This document shows, in pieces, positions 1 to 8,968 of a stretch of DNA of 64,000 nucleotides (the stretch's first letter is position 1; each line of letters opens with the position of its first letter). The position numbers and the translations under genes are program-made. Source of the DNA: Thermoplasmata archaeon (lineage in GTDB: Archaea > Thermoplasmatota > Thermoplasmata > Lutacidiplasmatales > UBA184); assembly GCA_028864975.1 (NCBI GenBank), contig JAGWLG010000001.1, positions 154,980 to 218,979 of the forward strand, in the 5' to 3' direction. The notes under the pieces were generated by a model. The model did no database searches. It was given only the letters and a program-made list of their open reading frames with translations, and was not told the origin of the DNA.

Positions 1-2
1 TG

Positions 3-695
3 GAGCTCGCGCACCGCGACCTCATCGCCCAGTGGGCCGTCCTGGACCCGATGTTCCCCTCCTCGATGCCCCCGAAGCTGACGGCGGACACCGGGGCGGA
101 CGCCCTCGCCCACTCCATCGAATCGATCTCCTCCCAGTGGTCGAACCCGTTCTCGGACGCCATGGGGATGAAGGCCGTGGACACGATCTTCCGCTACCTT
201 CCGAAGGCGGTGAAGGGCCAGCCGGTCCCATCGGAGGTGCGCGAGGAGCTCCACCTCGCGGCGGCGATGGCCGGGCTCTCCTTCGGGAACGCCCAGATCG
301 GCATCGGCCACGCGCTTGGCCACGCCTTCGGATCGGTCTTCAAGGTCCCGCACGGTCGGACCGTCGGGCTCTTCCTCCCCTACCACATCGAGTTCAACTT
401 CGCGGCCGCCCGAGACAAGTTCGCGCGCCTATCGCCGGTCCTCGGCGACTCGACCGTGAGGAACGCCCGGGACCTTTCGGCGAAGGTTCGTTCGCTCTGG
501 GACCAGATCGGGATGTCGAAGACGATCCCGGAGGCCACCAAGGTGACGGAGAAGGAGTTCGAGGAGAAGCTCCCCGAGCTCGTCGAGCGCGCCGATTCTT
601 CGACCGGTCTCGTCGCGAACGCGCGCGTGCCCACCTCCCAGGAGCTCGAGCGCATCCTCCGCGCGGCGTGGTCGGGCGCGCCGGTCGACTTCTAG
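3..695 (+). CDS. iron-containing alcohol dehydrogenase, C-terminal part (5' end outside window)
   Basis: Open frame from base 3; motifs AVLDP, TADTGADALAHSIE, GIGHALGH, KVPHG (Fe-ADH metal ligands). Confidence 0.9.
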   Translation, partial: ELAHRDLIAQWAVLDPMFPSSMPPKLTADTGADALAHSIESISSQWSNPFSDAMGMKAVDTIFRYLPKAVKGQPVPSEVREELHLAAAMAGLSFGNAQIGIGHALGHAFGSVFKVPHGRTVGLFLPYHIEFNFAAARDKFARLSPVLGDSTVRNARDLSAKVRSLWDQIGMSKTIPEATKVTEKEFEEKLPELVERADSSTGLVANARVPTSQELERILRAAWSGAPVDF

Positions 696-737
696 AGCTC
701 CACCACTCGAACCAGGAAAGGAGAACGCGAGGCGAAC

Positions 738-2321
738 ATGGCGACCCCGATGATGGCCAAACCCGAGCAAGGCAGCGCGAGCGGACCGACGGTGTGGAAG
801 GCGTTCCTCGGCGGAGAGTGGCGAGACTCCTCGAACGGAGCGACGGCCACGCTCATCGACCCCTCGACGGGGGAGGTCATCGGAACCGTCCCCAAGTGCA
901 CGAGGGCGGATGCCAAAGCGGCGGTCGACGCCGCGCGCGAGGCGTTCGATAAGGGCCCCTGGCCGCGGATGAAGCCGAAGGAGCGAGCCGCGGTCCTGCA
1001 GAAGGTGGCCGAGCTCCTGGTCGCGAACCAGGAGGCCCTCTCGCTGCTCGAGACCCGGAACGCCGGGAAGCCGATCCGGCAGTCCTCCCTCTTCGACATG
1101 GGGCTCGCGGCCGAGCACATGGGCTACTTCGCCGAGCTCGCGACCTCCGTGCGGTGGCACCAGAAGATCTCCCAACCCGACTACGAGGGGACCATCGGTA
1201 CGGTCGTCAAGGAGCCGATGGGGGTCTGCGCGGGGATCACCCCCTGGAACCTGCCGATCCTGATGGCGGTCTGGAAGGCCGGTCCCGCGCTCGCCGCGGG
1301 TAACACCTGCGTGCTCAAGCCGGCCTCGCTAACGCCGCTCACCACCCTGGAGCTTGCAAAGCTCTTCGAACAGGCAGGCCTCCCGAAGGGCGCCCTCTCC
1401 GTCGTCACGGGCTCGGGGGAGGAAGTGGGCGACACCCTCCTCACCCATCCCGGCGTCGACAAGGTGAGCTTCACCGGCTCCACCGAGGTGGGTCGGACCG
1501 TGCTGGCCAAGAGCTCGCTGACGGTGAAGCGGACGACGATGGAGCTCGGAGGAAAGAGCGCCAACATCATCCTGCCGGACGCCGACCTCGAGAAGGCCAC
1601 CGACGGGGCGCTTTTCGGGATCTTCCTTCACTGCGGGCAGCTCTGCGAGTCGGGGAGCCGTCTCCTCGTCCCCGCGAAAGAGCAGGAGAAGATCGTGGCC
1701 CGGCTGGTCGAAAAGGCCCGCCGGATCCGGATCGGCCTCACGCAGGACTACGAGACGGACCTGGGACCGCTCGTGAGCGATGGGCAGCGGACCCGGGTCG
1801 AGGGCTACATCCAGTACGGACTGGACCAAGGCGCGAAGCTCTCCTTCGGGGGGAACCGCCCGGACCGACCGGAGCTCCGCAAGGGGTTCTACCTGCGGCC
1901 GACGATCTTCTCGGGCGTGACCCCGGACATGAGGATCGCCCAGGACGAGATCTTTGGACCGGTCCTTTCGGTCGTCCCCTACGAGAATGTTGACCAGGCC
2001 GTGGAGATCGCGAACTCCACCATCTTCGGGCTCGCGGCTGCGGTCTGGAGCGAGAAGGAGGCGAAGGCGACGAGGGTCGCCGAGCGGTTGCGGGCCGGAA
2101 CGGTGTGGATCAACGACTACCACATGCTCTCTTGCCACGCCCCCCGTGGGGGGTACAAGCAGTCGGGGATCGGTCGCGAACTCGGTGAGAACGCCCTCGA
2201 GGACTACCTCGAGACCAAGCACTTCTTCTACGGCCGCGAGTCGCCGCTCATCCCCATCGCCCGCGCCCTGGTCGTGCCTCCTGCGGCGAAGGGCGGGAAC
2301 GAGCAACCCCCCGCGGCCTAG
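738..2321 (+). CDS. NAD(P)-dependent aldehyde dehydrogenase
   Basis: ITPWNLP, FTGSTEVG, MELGGKSA, catalytic Cys in GQLCESGS, EIFGPV. Confidence 0.95.
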   Translation: MATPMMAKPEQGSASGPTVWKAFLGGEWRDSSNGATATLIDPSTGEVIGTVPKCTRADAKAAVDAAREAFDKGPWPRMKPKERAAVLQKVAELLVANQEALSLLETRNAGKPIRQSSLFDMGLAAEHMGYFAELATSVRWHQKISQPDYEGTIGTVVKEPMGVCAGITPWNLPILMAVWKAGPALAAGNTCVLKPASLTPLTTLELAKLFEQAGLPKGALSVVTGSGEEVGDTLLTHPGVDKVSFTGSTEVGRTVLAKSSLTVKRTTMELGGKSANIILPDADLEKATDGALFGIFLHCGQLCESGSRLLVPAKEQEKIVARLVEKARRIRIGLTQDYETDLGPLVSDGQRTRVEGYIQYGLDQGAKLSFGGNRPDRPELRKGFYLRPTIFSGVTPDMRIAQDEIFGPVLSVVPYENVDQAVEIANSTIFGLAAAVWSEKEAKATRVAERLRAGTVWINDYHMLSCHAPRGGYKQSGIGRELGENALEDYLETKHFFYGRESPLIPIARALVVPPAAKGGNEQPPAA

Positions 2322-2327
2322 ACCGCG

Positions 2328-2789
2328 ATGGCGAGGATCGAGAGCCAGGTGGTCATCCGCGCCCCTCTCGACAAGGTCTTCTGGTTCCTCGCGGACGGGG
2401 ACCACGCGCCCGCCTGGCACCTCTCGGTACGGGAAGCGCACCACGAGACCGCCCCGCCGATCCGGGTCGGGAGCCGGCTCGTCGTGAAGGCCCACGCGGG
2501 CCGCCGGGAGTACGCTTGGACCCAGGAAGTGACCGGATGGGAGCCGCCGCACTCCTTCGCGGACCGCATGGTCCCCGGCACCGGACCCTTTCGCCGGTTC
2601 GAGGATTGGGGTCGCTTCGAGCAGGTCCCGGAGGGGGTACGGTTCACCTTCGGGACGGACTATGCCCTGCCCTACGGTCCCCTGGGATGGCTGGTCGACC
2701 GCCTCGTCATCGCCCCCCGGGTCCGTAGGGACCACGGCCGCTCGATGGAAAAGGCGAGGTCGACCCTGGAGGGGGAGGCACGGAAGTGA
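2328..2789 (+). CDS. SRPBCC (polyketide cyclase/START-like) family protein
   Basis: 153 aa; IESQVVIRAPLDKVF start, LPYGPLGWLVDRL near the end; operonic spacing. Confidence 0.8.
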   Translation: MARIESQVVIRAPLDKVFWFLADGDHAPAWHLSVREAHHETAPPIRVGSRLVVKAHAGRREYAWTQEVTGWEPPHSFADRMVPGTGPFRRFEDWGRFEQVPEGVRFTFGTDYALPYGPLGWLVDRLVIAPRVRRDHGRSMEKARSTLEGEARK

Positions 2790-4774
2790 CCCCAGCCGCC
2801 GTCCCGCCCCCACGATCCTCCTCGACTTCTCCTGTCTCCCCCCGGGTGCGCGCGACGCTCGAGGCCGTGGCACGGGGCCTGGTGCCGTCCGGCGGGAGCT
2901 TCCGACCGGGCGCGCTCGAGCTCGGAGTGCCGGACCTCATCGTCGACATGGATTCCGAGATGGACCGCGTGAGCCGGCTCGTCGTCCGCTCGCTCCTGAA
3001 CTTGCTCGAGATCGCCCCCGTCTTCCGAGGACCCGGCCGTCCACTATCCCGACTGCGACAGGAGGAGGCGGAGGAGTTCCTGAGGGTGGCGAACTCGCAG
3101 GGGACCAACCGCCCGATGGCCACCTGGCTGCTCCGCTTGCTCGTCGAGGCCAACTACGTCTCCACCCCCCAGGTCCGAGAGCATCTCGGGGTCCGAGAGG
3201 AGCCCATGTACTCCGTCCCTCCGGTTCCTCCCCCGCGCCCGCCGTTGCCGACGACCACCTTCCCCCAGCTCGCCATCGGGAGCGAGCTCGACTCCGACGT
3301 CTGCGTCGTAGGGAGCGGTGCCGGGGGAGCTCCCGCGGCGGCCTTGCTCGCCGAGGCCGGTTGGAAGGTCGCGGTCCTGGAAGAGGGGCCCGCGGTCTCC
3401 CGCGCCGACTTCCAGGGCTCCGCCATCGGGAGGATAGGACGATACTACCGGAGCAACGGGATCTTCTTCACGCTCGGCAAACCGCTCGTCCAGATCTCCT
3501 ACGCGAGCTCGGTCGGTGGCACGACCGTGTTCAACTCGGGGACCTGCTTCCAGCCCCCCGACTCCACGCTGGACCGTTGGGCGAAGGACTCCGCGATCCC
3601 GGGCCTCACTCCCGGTGAGCTCGCGCCCTACTTCGCCCGGGTGAAGAAGTTCCTCCAGGTCGGGCCCTCGAGGGCCGACATCCTCGGCCACAATGGCGAG
3701 ATGCTGCAGAAGGGAGCCCAGGCGATGGGTGGGCTCAAGCACGGGATCATTCCCCGACCCGCCCCCGGGTGCCGAGGAAGCGACGAGTGCGTCATCGGGT
3801 GCCCGACCGATGCGAAGCGATCGATGGCCCTTTCCTACCTTCCTCGGGCCGTCGCCGCGGGAGCGAAGGTCTACTCTCGGGTGCGCGTGGAGCGGGTGCG
3901 CCCCGGACCGGGAGGTCCACATCGCTGGAGGGTCGAGGGGCACGTGCTGGACCCCGCGACGCAGCGACCGGTCGGCCGGGTCGCGGTCCGCTGTCGGCAC
4001 GCCGTGCTGGCGGGCGGGGCCCTGAGCAGTCCGTACCTCCTCCCCGAAGTGGGCCCACGACCCGCGAGGTCGCACCGCGGCCGCCACCTCCGCGTCCACC
4101 CCTCGCTCGACATCGGCGGGGACTTCCCTGGGCGGGTCGAGGGATGGCGCGGGGTACTGCAGTCCTATTACGTCGACGACTACGAGCACGGGGTGCTTCT
4201 CGAGGCCACCTTCCATCCTCGCGGGCTCCTCTCCACCTCCGGACTGACCCCCTTCACCGGTGCGCGGTACAAGGAGTTCCTGGAGCGTCTTCCCCATCTC
4301 GCCTTGATCGGGGCGCTGATCATGGACGAGAGCGAGGGTCACCTCGGTCCCTTCCTCGCAGGCCGTCCCTGGATCCGCTACGACATGGTCCCGGCGGACC
4401 TCGCCAAGGTAGGAAGGGCGATCGCCCTTTCCGGGCGCCTCCTCTTTGCAGCAGGCGCCGAACGCGTCTTCGTGCCGGTGCATGGGGGACAGGAGGTACG
4501 CCGGCCCGAGGACCTCGACCGGTTCGAGACCTCCCCGCCAGGGCCCGAGGCGCTCCACCTTCTTGCCTTCCATCCGCTCGGCACCGCCCGCATGGGAGGA
4601 GCGCCCGAGCTGGGAGCCGTCGATCCCACGGGGACGGTCTGGGGAGCCCCCGGGCTGCACATCTCGGATGCGAGCATCCTACCGGGATCGCCCAGCGTGA
4701 ACCCTCAGATCTCGATCATGACGCTGGCCGAGCGGAACGCGGAGTCCTGGATCAAGCAAGGTGTGGGAGCATGA
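2786..4774 (+). CDS. GMC family FAD oxidoreductase with N-terminal extension
   Basis: VVGSGAGG FAD motif, VGGTTVFN, C-x3-C-x2-GC (CRGSDECVIGCP), HPLGTARMG, NPQISIM; overlaps upstream stop. Confidence 0.9.
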   Translation: MTPAAVPPPRSSSTSPVSPRVRATLEAVARGLVPSGGSFRPGALELGVPDLIVDMDSEMDRVSRLVVRSLLNLLEIAPVFRGPGRPLSRLRQEEAEEFLRVANSQGTNRPMATWLLRLLVEANYVSTPQVREHLGVREEPMYSVPPVPPPRPPLPTTTFPQLAIGSELDSDVCVVGSGAGGAPAAALLAEAGWKVAVLEEGPAVSRADFQGSAIGRIGRYYRSNGIFFTLGKPLVQISYASSVGGTTVFNSGTCFQPPDSTLDRWAKDSAIPGLTPGELAPYFARVKKFLQVGPSRADILGHNGEMLQKGAQAMGGLKHGIIPRPAPGCRGSDECVIGCPTDAKRSMALSYLPRAVAAGAKVYSRVRVERVRPGPGGPHRWRVEGHVLDPATQRPVGRVAVRCRHAVLAGGALSSPYLLPEVGPRPARSHRGRHLRVHPSLDIGGDFPGRVEGWRGVLQSYYVDDYEHGVLLEATFHPRGLLSTSGLTPFTGARYKEFLERLPHLALIGALIMDESEGHLGPFLAGRPWIRYDMVPADLAKVGRAIALSGRLLFAAGAERVFVPVHGGQEVRRPEDLDRFETSPPGPEALHLLAFHPLGTARMGGAPELGAVDPTGTVWGAPGLHISDASILPGSPSVNPQISIMTLAERNAESWIKQGVGA

Positions 4775-5325
4775 GCGCGAAGGAAGAGGAGACCGAGCAG
4801 CCCCAGGGCGAGCCGAAAGCCGTAGCCGCAGCGCGCTCCTCCTCCCATGCCACCGGGCCTCGCTGTCCCCAGGCCTCCTTAGCGCTGCTGCTCCTCGCGG
4901 TCGTTCTCTACGTCTTCGGGGTCTTCTACGTGCTCGACCCCTCGGCGTCGGTCGCCTCCATCCAGGGGGTCGCCACGGGAATCGGGCTCAAGCTCCCCGC
5001 TCCGCCTTCCGAGCCGAGCGGCTACTTCTACGGATGGATCGGGTTCACCTTCGCCTACATGATGGCGGCCGCGACGAGCTCCTTCTTTGCCGCCAGGAGC
5101 TCGACCGAGTCGCGCACGGCCTACCTCAACGTCCTGCTCGTTCTCAAGGGGACGTCGAGCTTTACGGGGATCGTCCTCTTCGTGAGCCAGCCCCACTACG
5201 CGTTCTACCTTGCCACCTTTCTGACGGACGGTCTCATCTTCCTGGGGGTCTGGGCCATCCGCGCTCACCTCCTCCACCGGCATCCCACGTCGTCGGCCGA
5301 GGCCGTCTCTCGCCGCAGCGAGTGA
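4771..5325 (+). CDS. hypothetical membrane protein (about 4 TM)
   Basis: ATGA overlap with GMC stop; four hydrophobic segments. Confidence 0.7.
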   Translation: MSAKEEETEQPQGEPKAVAAARSSSHATGPRCPQASLALLLLAVVLYVFGVFYVLDPSASVASIQGVATGIGLKLPAPPSEPSGYFYGWIGFTFAYMMAAATSSFFAARSSTESRTAYLNVLLVLKGTSSFTGIVLFVSQPHYAFYLATFLTDGLIFLGVWAIRAHLLHRHPTSSAEAVSRRSE

Positions 5326-5337
5326 GCGCAGAGAACG

Positions 5338-5733
5338 ATGAGCTCCCGCAGATCACTGCCCGAGGTCGAACGGATCGGCAAGGCGGAGCTCGTCGAGGCC
5401 TCCCGGGCGGCCGGAGCGGGGCGGTGGGTCGCGCTCGAGCGGCCAGGCGCGTGGGTCGGACTAGGCACCGTCGAACCGGGGGCCCCACGACGGTGGCACC
5501 GCCACCCGGGACAGGAGATGCTTCTCTACATCGTGGAGGGCACCTTGCGGCTGGAATTCGGCCCCCTGGGTCATGGGACCCTCCAAGGGAGGCCTGGGGA
5601 CTTCGTCCGCATCGCACCGGGGGCGCTTCATCGAGAAACGGCCCTGGGGAAAGGGGTGGCCAAGTTCGTGCTCCTCCGACTGGGGAAGGGCCCACCCGCC
5701 ATCGAGTACGTCGTTCCTCCACCCCGTGGCTAG
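5338..5733 (+). CDS. cupin domain protein
   Basis: WHRHPGQEMLLYIVEG and GDFVRIAPGALH cupin motifs. Confidence 0.85.
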   Translation: MSSRRSLPEVERIGKAELVEASRAAGAGRWVALERPGAWVGLGTVEPGAPRRWHRHPGQEMLLYIVEGTLRLEFGPLGHGTLQGRPGDFVRIAPGALHRETALGKGVAKFVLLRLGKGPPAIEYVVPPPRG

Positions 5734-5760
5734 AGGACGACAGTCCGTGTCGGGAGCTAC

Positions 5761-6090
5761 TCAGCTCCACTTCTCGATCTTGTGCACGGTGGCTTCGCCA
5801 AGTCCCCGGTTCGGGATGCCGCTGTGCCGCCACGAGATCGCCCCATCCTGGAAAGCGATCACCGTGGGGATCACCTCGATGTCGAAGGTGAGCGGGACCG
5901 GTTCGTAGAAGTCGTCCATGACGTACTCGGCCAACCGGACCCCGTTCGGTGGTGCGACCCGGGTGTACGCTTGGCGGAAGCTCGCGCAGAAGGGGCACCA
6001 GGGACCTTGGAAGAGCACGACCCAACGACCAGGAAGGCGGAGCCGGGGTCCCTCGAACTCCTGGTCCGTGACCCGAGTGACCTCGACCAT
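5761..6090 (-). CDS. thioredoxin family protein
   Basis: WCPFC active site and cis-Pro VIPTV. Confidence 0.85.
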   Translation of the reverse strand: MVEVTRVTDQEFEGPRLRLPGRWVVLFQGPWCPFCASFRQAYTRVAPPNGVRLAEYVMDDFYEPVPLTFDIEVIPTVIAFQDGAISWRHSGIPNRGLGEATVHKIEKWS

Positions 6091-6244
6091 GGCCGCGACG
6101 CCCGAAAGGGGCTCGTGTCGACACACCCCTTGCGGGTATTTGAGGGCCGTTCGGTCTCTCGAAGGGGCACCATTCGCCGACGTTCCCCCGCCGCGCTCAC
6201 CGTGCTTTTATGGCCGGAGGCATTGGGTACATAGGTTACCTGTC

Positions 6245-6685
6245 ATGCAGGAGACCCCCCAGGAGCTCGCCGCGCGCGCGATCCTTCCCGCCCTCCGAGG
6301 GCTCGTCGCACGAGAGCTCGTGCGCGAGCACAAGTTCACTCACCAGAAGGCGGCCGACCTGCTGGGGCTGAGCCGGCCCGCGGTCACGCTCTACGCCCGG
6401 GGGCTTCGCGGGCGCGCCATCGAGCTGCGGCGGAGGCCGGACGTCCTGATCATGGTCCGCGACATGGCGGATGGCCTCGCGAGCGGCGAGATCGACGTGC
6501 GAGGCCTCATGACCAAGCTGGACTCGGCCGCGACGTACGTCCTCCGCAAGGGCTACGCCTGCGACCTCCACGCCCAGGTCGACCCGGAGCTCAAGGGGTC
6601 GGGATGCAACCTCTGCATGACCGCTCCTTTCCCCTGCAGCTACTTCCACGGGTGGAAGGTCGAACCCGGGAGCCCGACGCGATGA
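6245..6685 (+). CDS. archaeal HTH transcriptional regulator (COG2522-like) with Cys/His-rich C-terminus
   Basis: ILPALRGLVARELV...QKAADLLGLSRPAVTLY HTH; C-terminal CDLH...CNLC. Confidence 0.75.
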   Translation: MQETPQELAARAILPALRGLVARELVREHKFTHQKAADLLGLSRPAVTLYARGLRGRAIELRRRPDVLIMVRDMADGLASGEIDVRGLMTKLDSAATYVLRKGYACDLHAQVDPELKGSGCNLCMTAPFPCSYFHGWKVEPGSPTR

Positions 6686-6921
6686 ACGAGACCCCGACGG
6701 TCCGTTTGGACTGCCGAGAGGACGTCTGTCCCGTTCCGGTCCTCCGCACCAAGGAAGCGATCGCCAAGCTCACACCAGGAGCGACCCTGGAGGTCCTGAC
6801 CAAGGATCCCATGGCCACGGTGGACATCCCAGCGGTGGTCCACAAGGCCGGGGCGGTCCTCCTCTCGATGAAGGCGGACGAGGAGAACGAGACCGCAACC
6901 TTCCTCATCCGGAGGCCGTGA
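6682..6921 (+). CDS. tusA: TusA-family sulfur carrier protein
   Basis: LDCREDVCPVPVLRTK (CPxP motif), 79 aa, ATGA overlap with the regulator. Confidence 0.85.
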   Translation: MNETPTVRLDCREDVCPVPVLRTKEAIAKLTPGATLEVLTKDPMATVDIPAVVHKAGAVLLSMKADEENETATFLIRRP

Positions 6922-8017
6922 CCTTCAGCGGTGCGGGGGCGGTTGCGGGGGCTGGGGAGAGCGTCGGGCTGTACTTCCGCCAGAGGTGGAGGAAGAAGAG
7001 GACCGCTGCCGCGTCTCCGGCGAGGACGGCCAGGATCCCGACCCCCGAGTGAAGCTGGGAAATGAGACCCATCGGCATGAGGACGGCCACCAGTCCCGCC
7101 CCGAGGGCCACGAGTTGCCGCTGGTTGCAGGTCCGCCCCACGTTCTTCAGCACCCAGCAGAGCAGCACTCCCGCGAAGGCCACGACCGCGAGGATCGGGA
7201 ACAGCGGCGCGAGCCTCCAGGACTCGGACACCCCCTCGATGAGGTAGATCCCCGGCAGCAGCGAAAGGCCCACTCCGGCGAACTTCCAGGGAGCCGCACG
7301 GGGCAGGAGGCTGGACGCCTGCAGAAGGTCCTTCGGGGCGCGGTAAGCGGCCCAGGCGAGGCCCAAGATAGCGGTCAGGCTCCCGACCCAGAGCACCGGT
7401 CCCGCCCAGAAGTGATAGAGCGTGCTCGAGAAGGCCAGGAGGACCAGGACGTCGACGACCAGGATTCCCAAAACCGTGCGGACCCCCTTCGCCGAGAGCA
7501 GACTCTTCCCCTGGGTCTCCGGGAGGGCGAGTTCCAACAGCATGATCGGGAGCGAGATGCTCCATAGGGCATGCACGATGAGGAGGCCCGCGGTCCAGAC
7601 CCAGTTGACCCCCAACCAGTGCCCGTAGATTCCCAGACTTCCGACCGGTTGAGCATAGGAGTAAAAGAGCGTGGACAGCGCGATCCCCTCCTCGAGGATC
7701 CCGTACGCGGCCCCCAGCAGGAGGACCGAGCCCCATCCCTTCTTCCACCGGACCTTGGCTTCGCGGATGAGGAGGACACCCGGTCCGTAGAGCCCCAGGT
7801 TCGCGGCCAGGAAGATGAGGAAGACGACGGGAGAGAGCATGAGCAGGCTGAGCTGGCTTGATCCCGAAAGATACTCCACGATGCCCGGAGTCAGAAGGAG
7901 CAGGCAGAGGATCGGACGGCGCTGGAGGTAACGCCGGAGCCGAGCGAGGCTCGACACCGAGCCGGAGGGAGCTGTCGTGGTCGGAGCGGCCGGCACGGTC
8001 GAGGAGATGGTTGCCAT
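6905..8017 (-). CDS. hypothetical polytopic membrane protein (about 9-10 TM)
   Basis: Many hydrophobic helices; GLYGPGVLLIRE, AAYGILEEG. Confidence 0.75.
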   Translation of the reverse strand: MATISSTVPAAPTTTAPSGSVSSLARLRRYLQRRPILCLLLLTPGIVEYLSGSSQLSLLMLSPVVFLIFLAANLGLYGPGVLLIREAKVRWKKGWGSVLLLGAAYGILEEGIALSTLFYSYAQPVGSLGIYGHWLGVNWVWTAGLLIVHALWSISLPIMLLELALPETQGKSLLSAKGVRTVLGILVVDVLVLLAFSSTLYHFWAGPVLWVGSLTAILGLAWAAYRAPKDLLQASSLLPRAAPWKFAGVGLSLLPGIYLIEGVSESWRLAPLFPILAVVAFAGVLLCWVLKNVGRTCNQRQLVALGAGLVAVLMPMGLISQLHSGVGILAVLAGDAAAVLFFLHLWRKYSPTLSPAPATAPAPLKVTASG

Positions 8018-8125
8018 CCAAGGCCTCCGACCCTCGATTCTCTTCCTCGAGGTACTTGAAGCCCCCAGAACCAAAGTGCCGGCCCTCCCCGAGAGCTGCC
8101 GAGCGGGGCAGGAGGCTTCGTGGAC

Positions 8126-8911
8126 CTACTTCGGGTCCGCGGTCGCCGGGTCCGGGGGCGGGGGCTTCCCCATCAGATGGATGCCGCATTCGCGCTTCTG
8201 GAACCCGGACCACCGCCCCGCGCGTTCCTGCTCTCCCGGCTGCAGCTTTCGCGTGCACGGAGCGCAGCCGATGCTGCCGTAGCCCTGGTCCCAGAGGGGA
8301 TGGTGAGGGAGATGGTGGTCCTCGATGTAGCCCTCCACGCTCGCCTTCGTCCAACCTACGAGCGGATTGATCTTGAACACTCCGCGCCCGGACGGGTCGA
8401 GCTCCTGCCACTCGACGACGGGGGTGCCTTTCCTTCCATCGTGCTGGTCCCGGCGGATCCCGGTGAGCCAGGCCTCGTAACCCAGCAGGGCCCTGCGTAG
8501 CGGCGCGACCTTCCGGTTCAGGCAGCAGGTGTCGGGGTCGCGGGCGAAGAGGTCCTTGCCGTACTCCGCGTCCTGCTCCTCGACCGACTGTGCGGCCCGC
8601 AGGTCGGCGACGTTCAGTCCCCACTCCTTGATGAGACGGTCTCGGAACGCCAGCGTCTCGGGGAAGTGGTAGCCGGTCTCCAGGAACAGGACCGGCACAT
8701 CGCGGCGTATGCGTCGCAGATGGTCGAGCACCACGAGCCCTTCTTTCCCGAAGCTGCTCCCGATCGCCAGGCGGTCGCCGAAGCGTCCCACCGCCCACTC
8801 CAGGATCTCGGGCAAGGGCTTACCTTCGAGCTCGGTCGAGAGGCGACGGGCCTCCTCGGCCGGAGGGCGGGACGCCCCCTGGCTCCTCATCCCCTCGACG
8901 CTGGAGGTCAC
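8126..8911 (-). CDS. cysH: APS/PAPS reductase
   Basis: SSFG, FLETGYHFPET, CC pair (DTCCLNRKV), SIGCAPCT, C-terminal ECGIH; CC plus CxxC suggests the Fe-S APS-reductase type. Confidence 0.92.
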   Translation of the reverse strand: MTSSVEGMRSQGASRPPAEEARRLSTELEGKPLPEILEWAVGRFGDRLAIGSSFGKEGLVVLDHLRRIRRDVPVLFLETGYHFPETLAFRDRLIKEWGLNVADLRAAQSVEEQDAEYGKDLFARDPDTCCLNRKVAPLRRALLGYEAWLTGIRRDQHDGRKGTPVVEWQELDPSGRGVFKINPLVGWTKASVEGYIEDHHLPHHPLWDQGYGSIGCAPCTRKLQPGEQERAGRWSGFQKRECGIHLMGKPPPPDPATADPK

Positions 8912-8968
8912 GGTGCCCGATAGCGGACCGTGGGTATATACCGAAGGCTCCGAACTCCCCGGCGGGGG

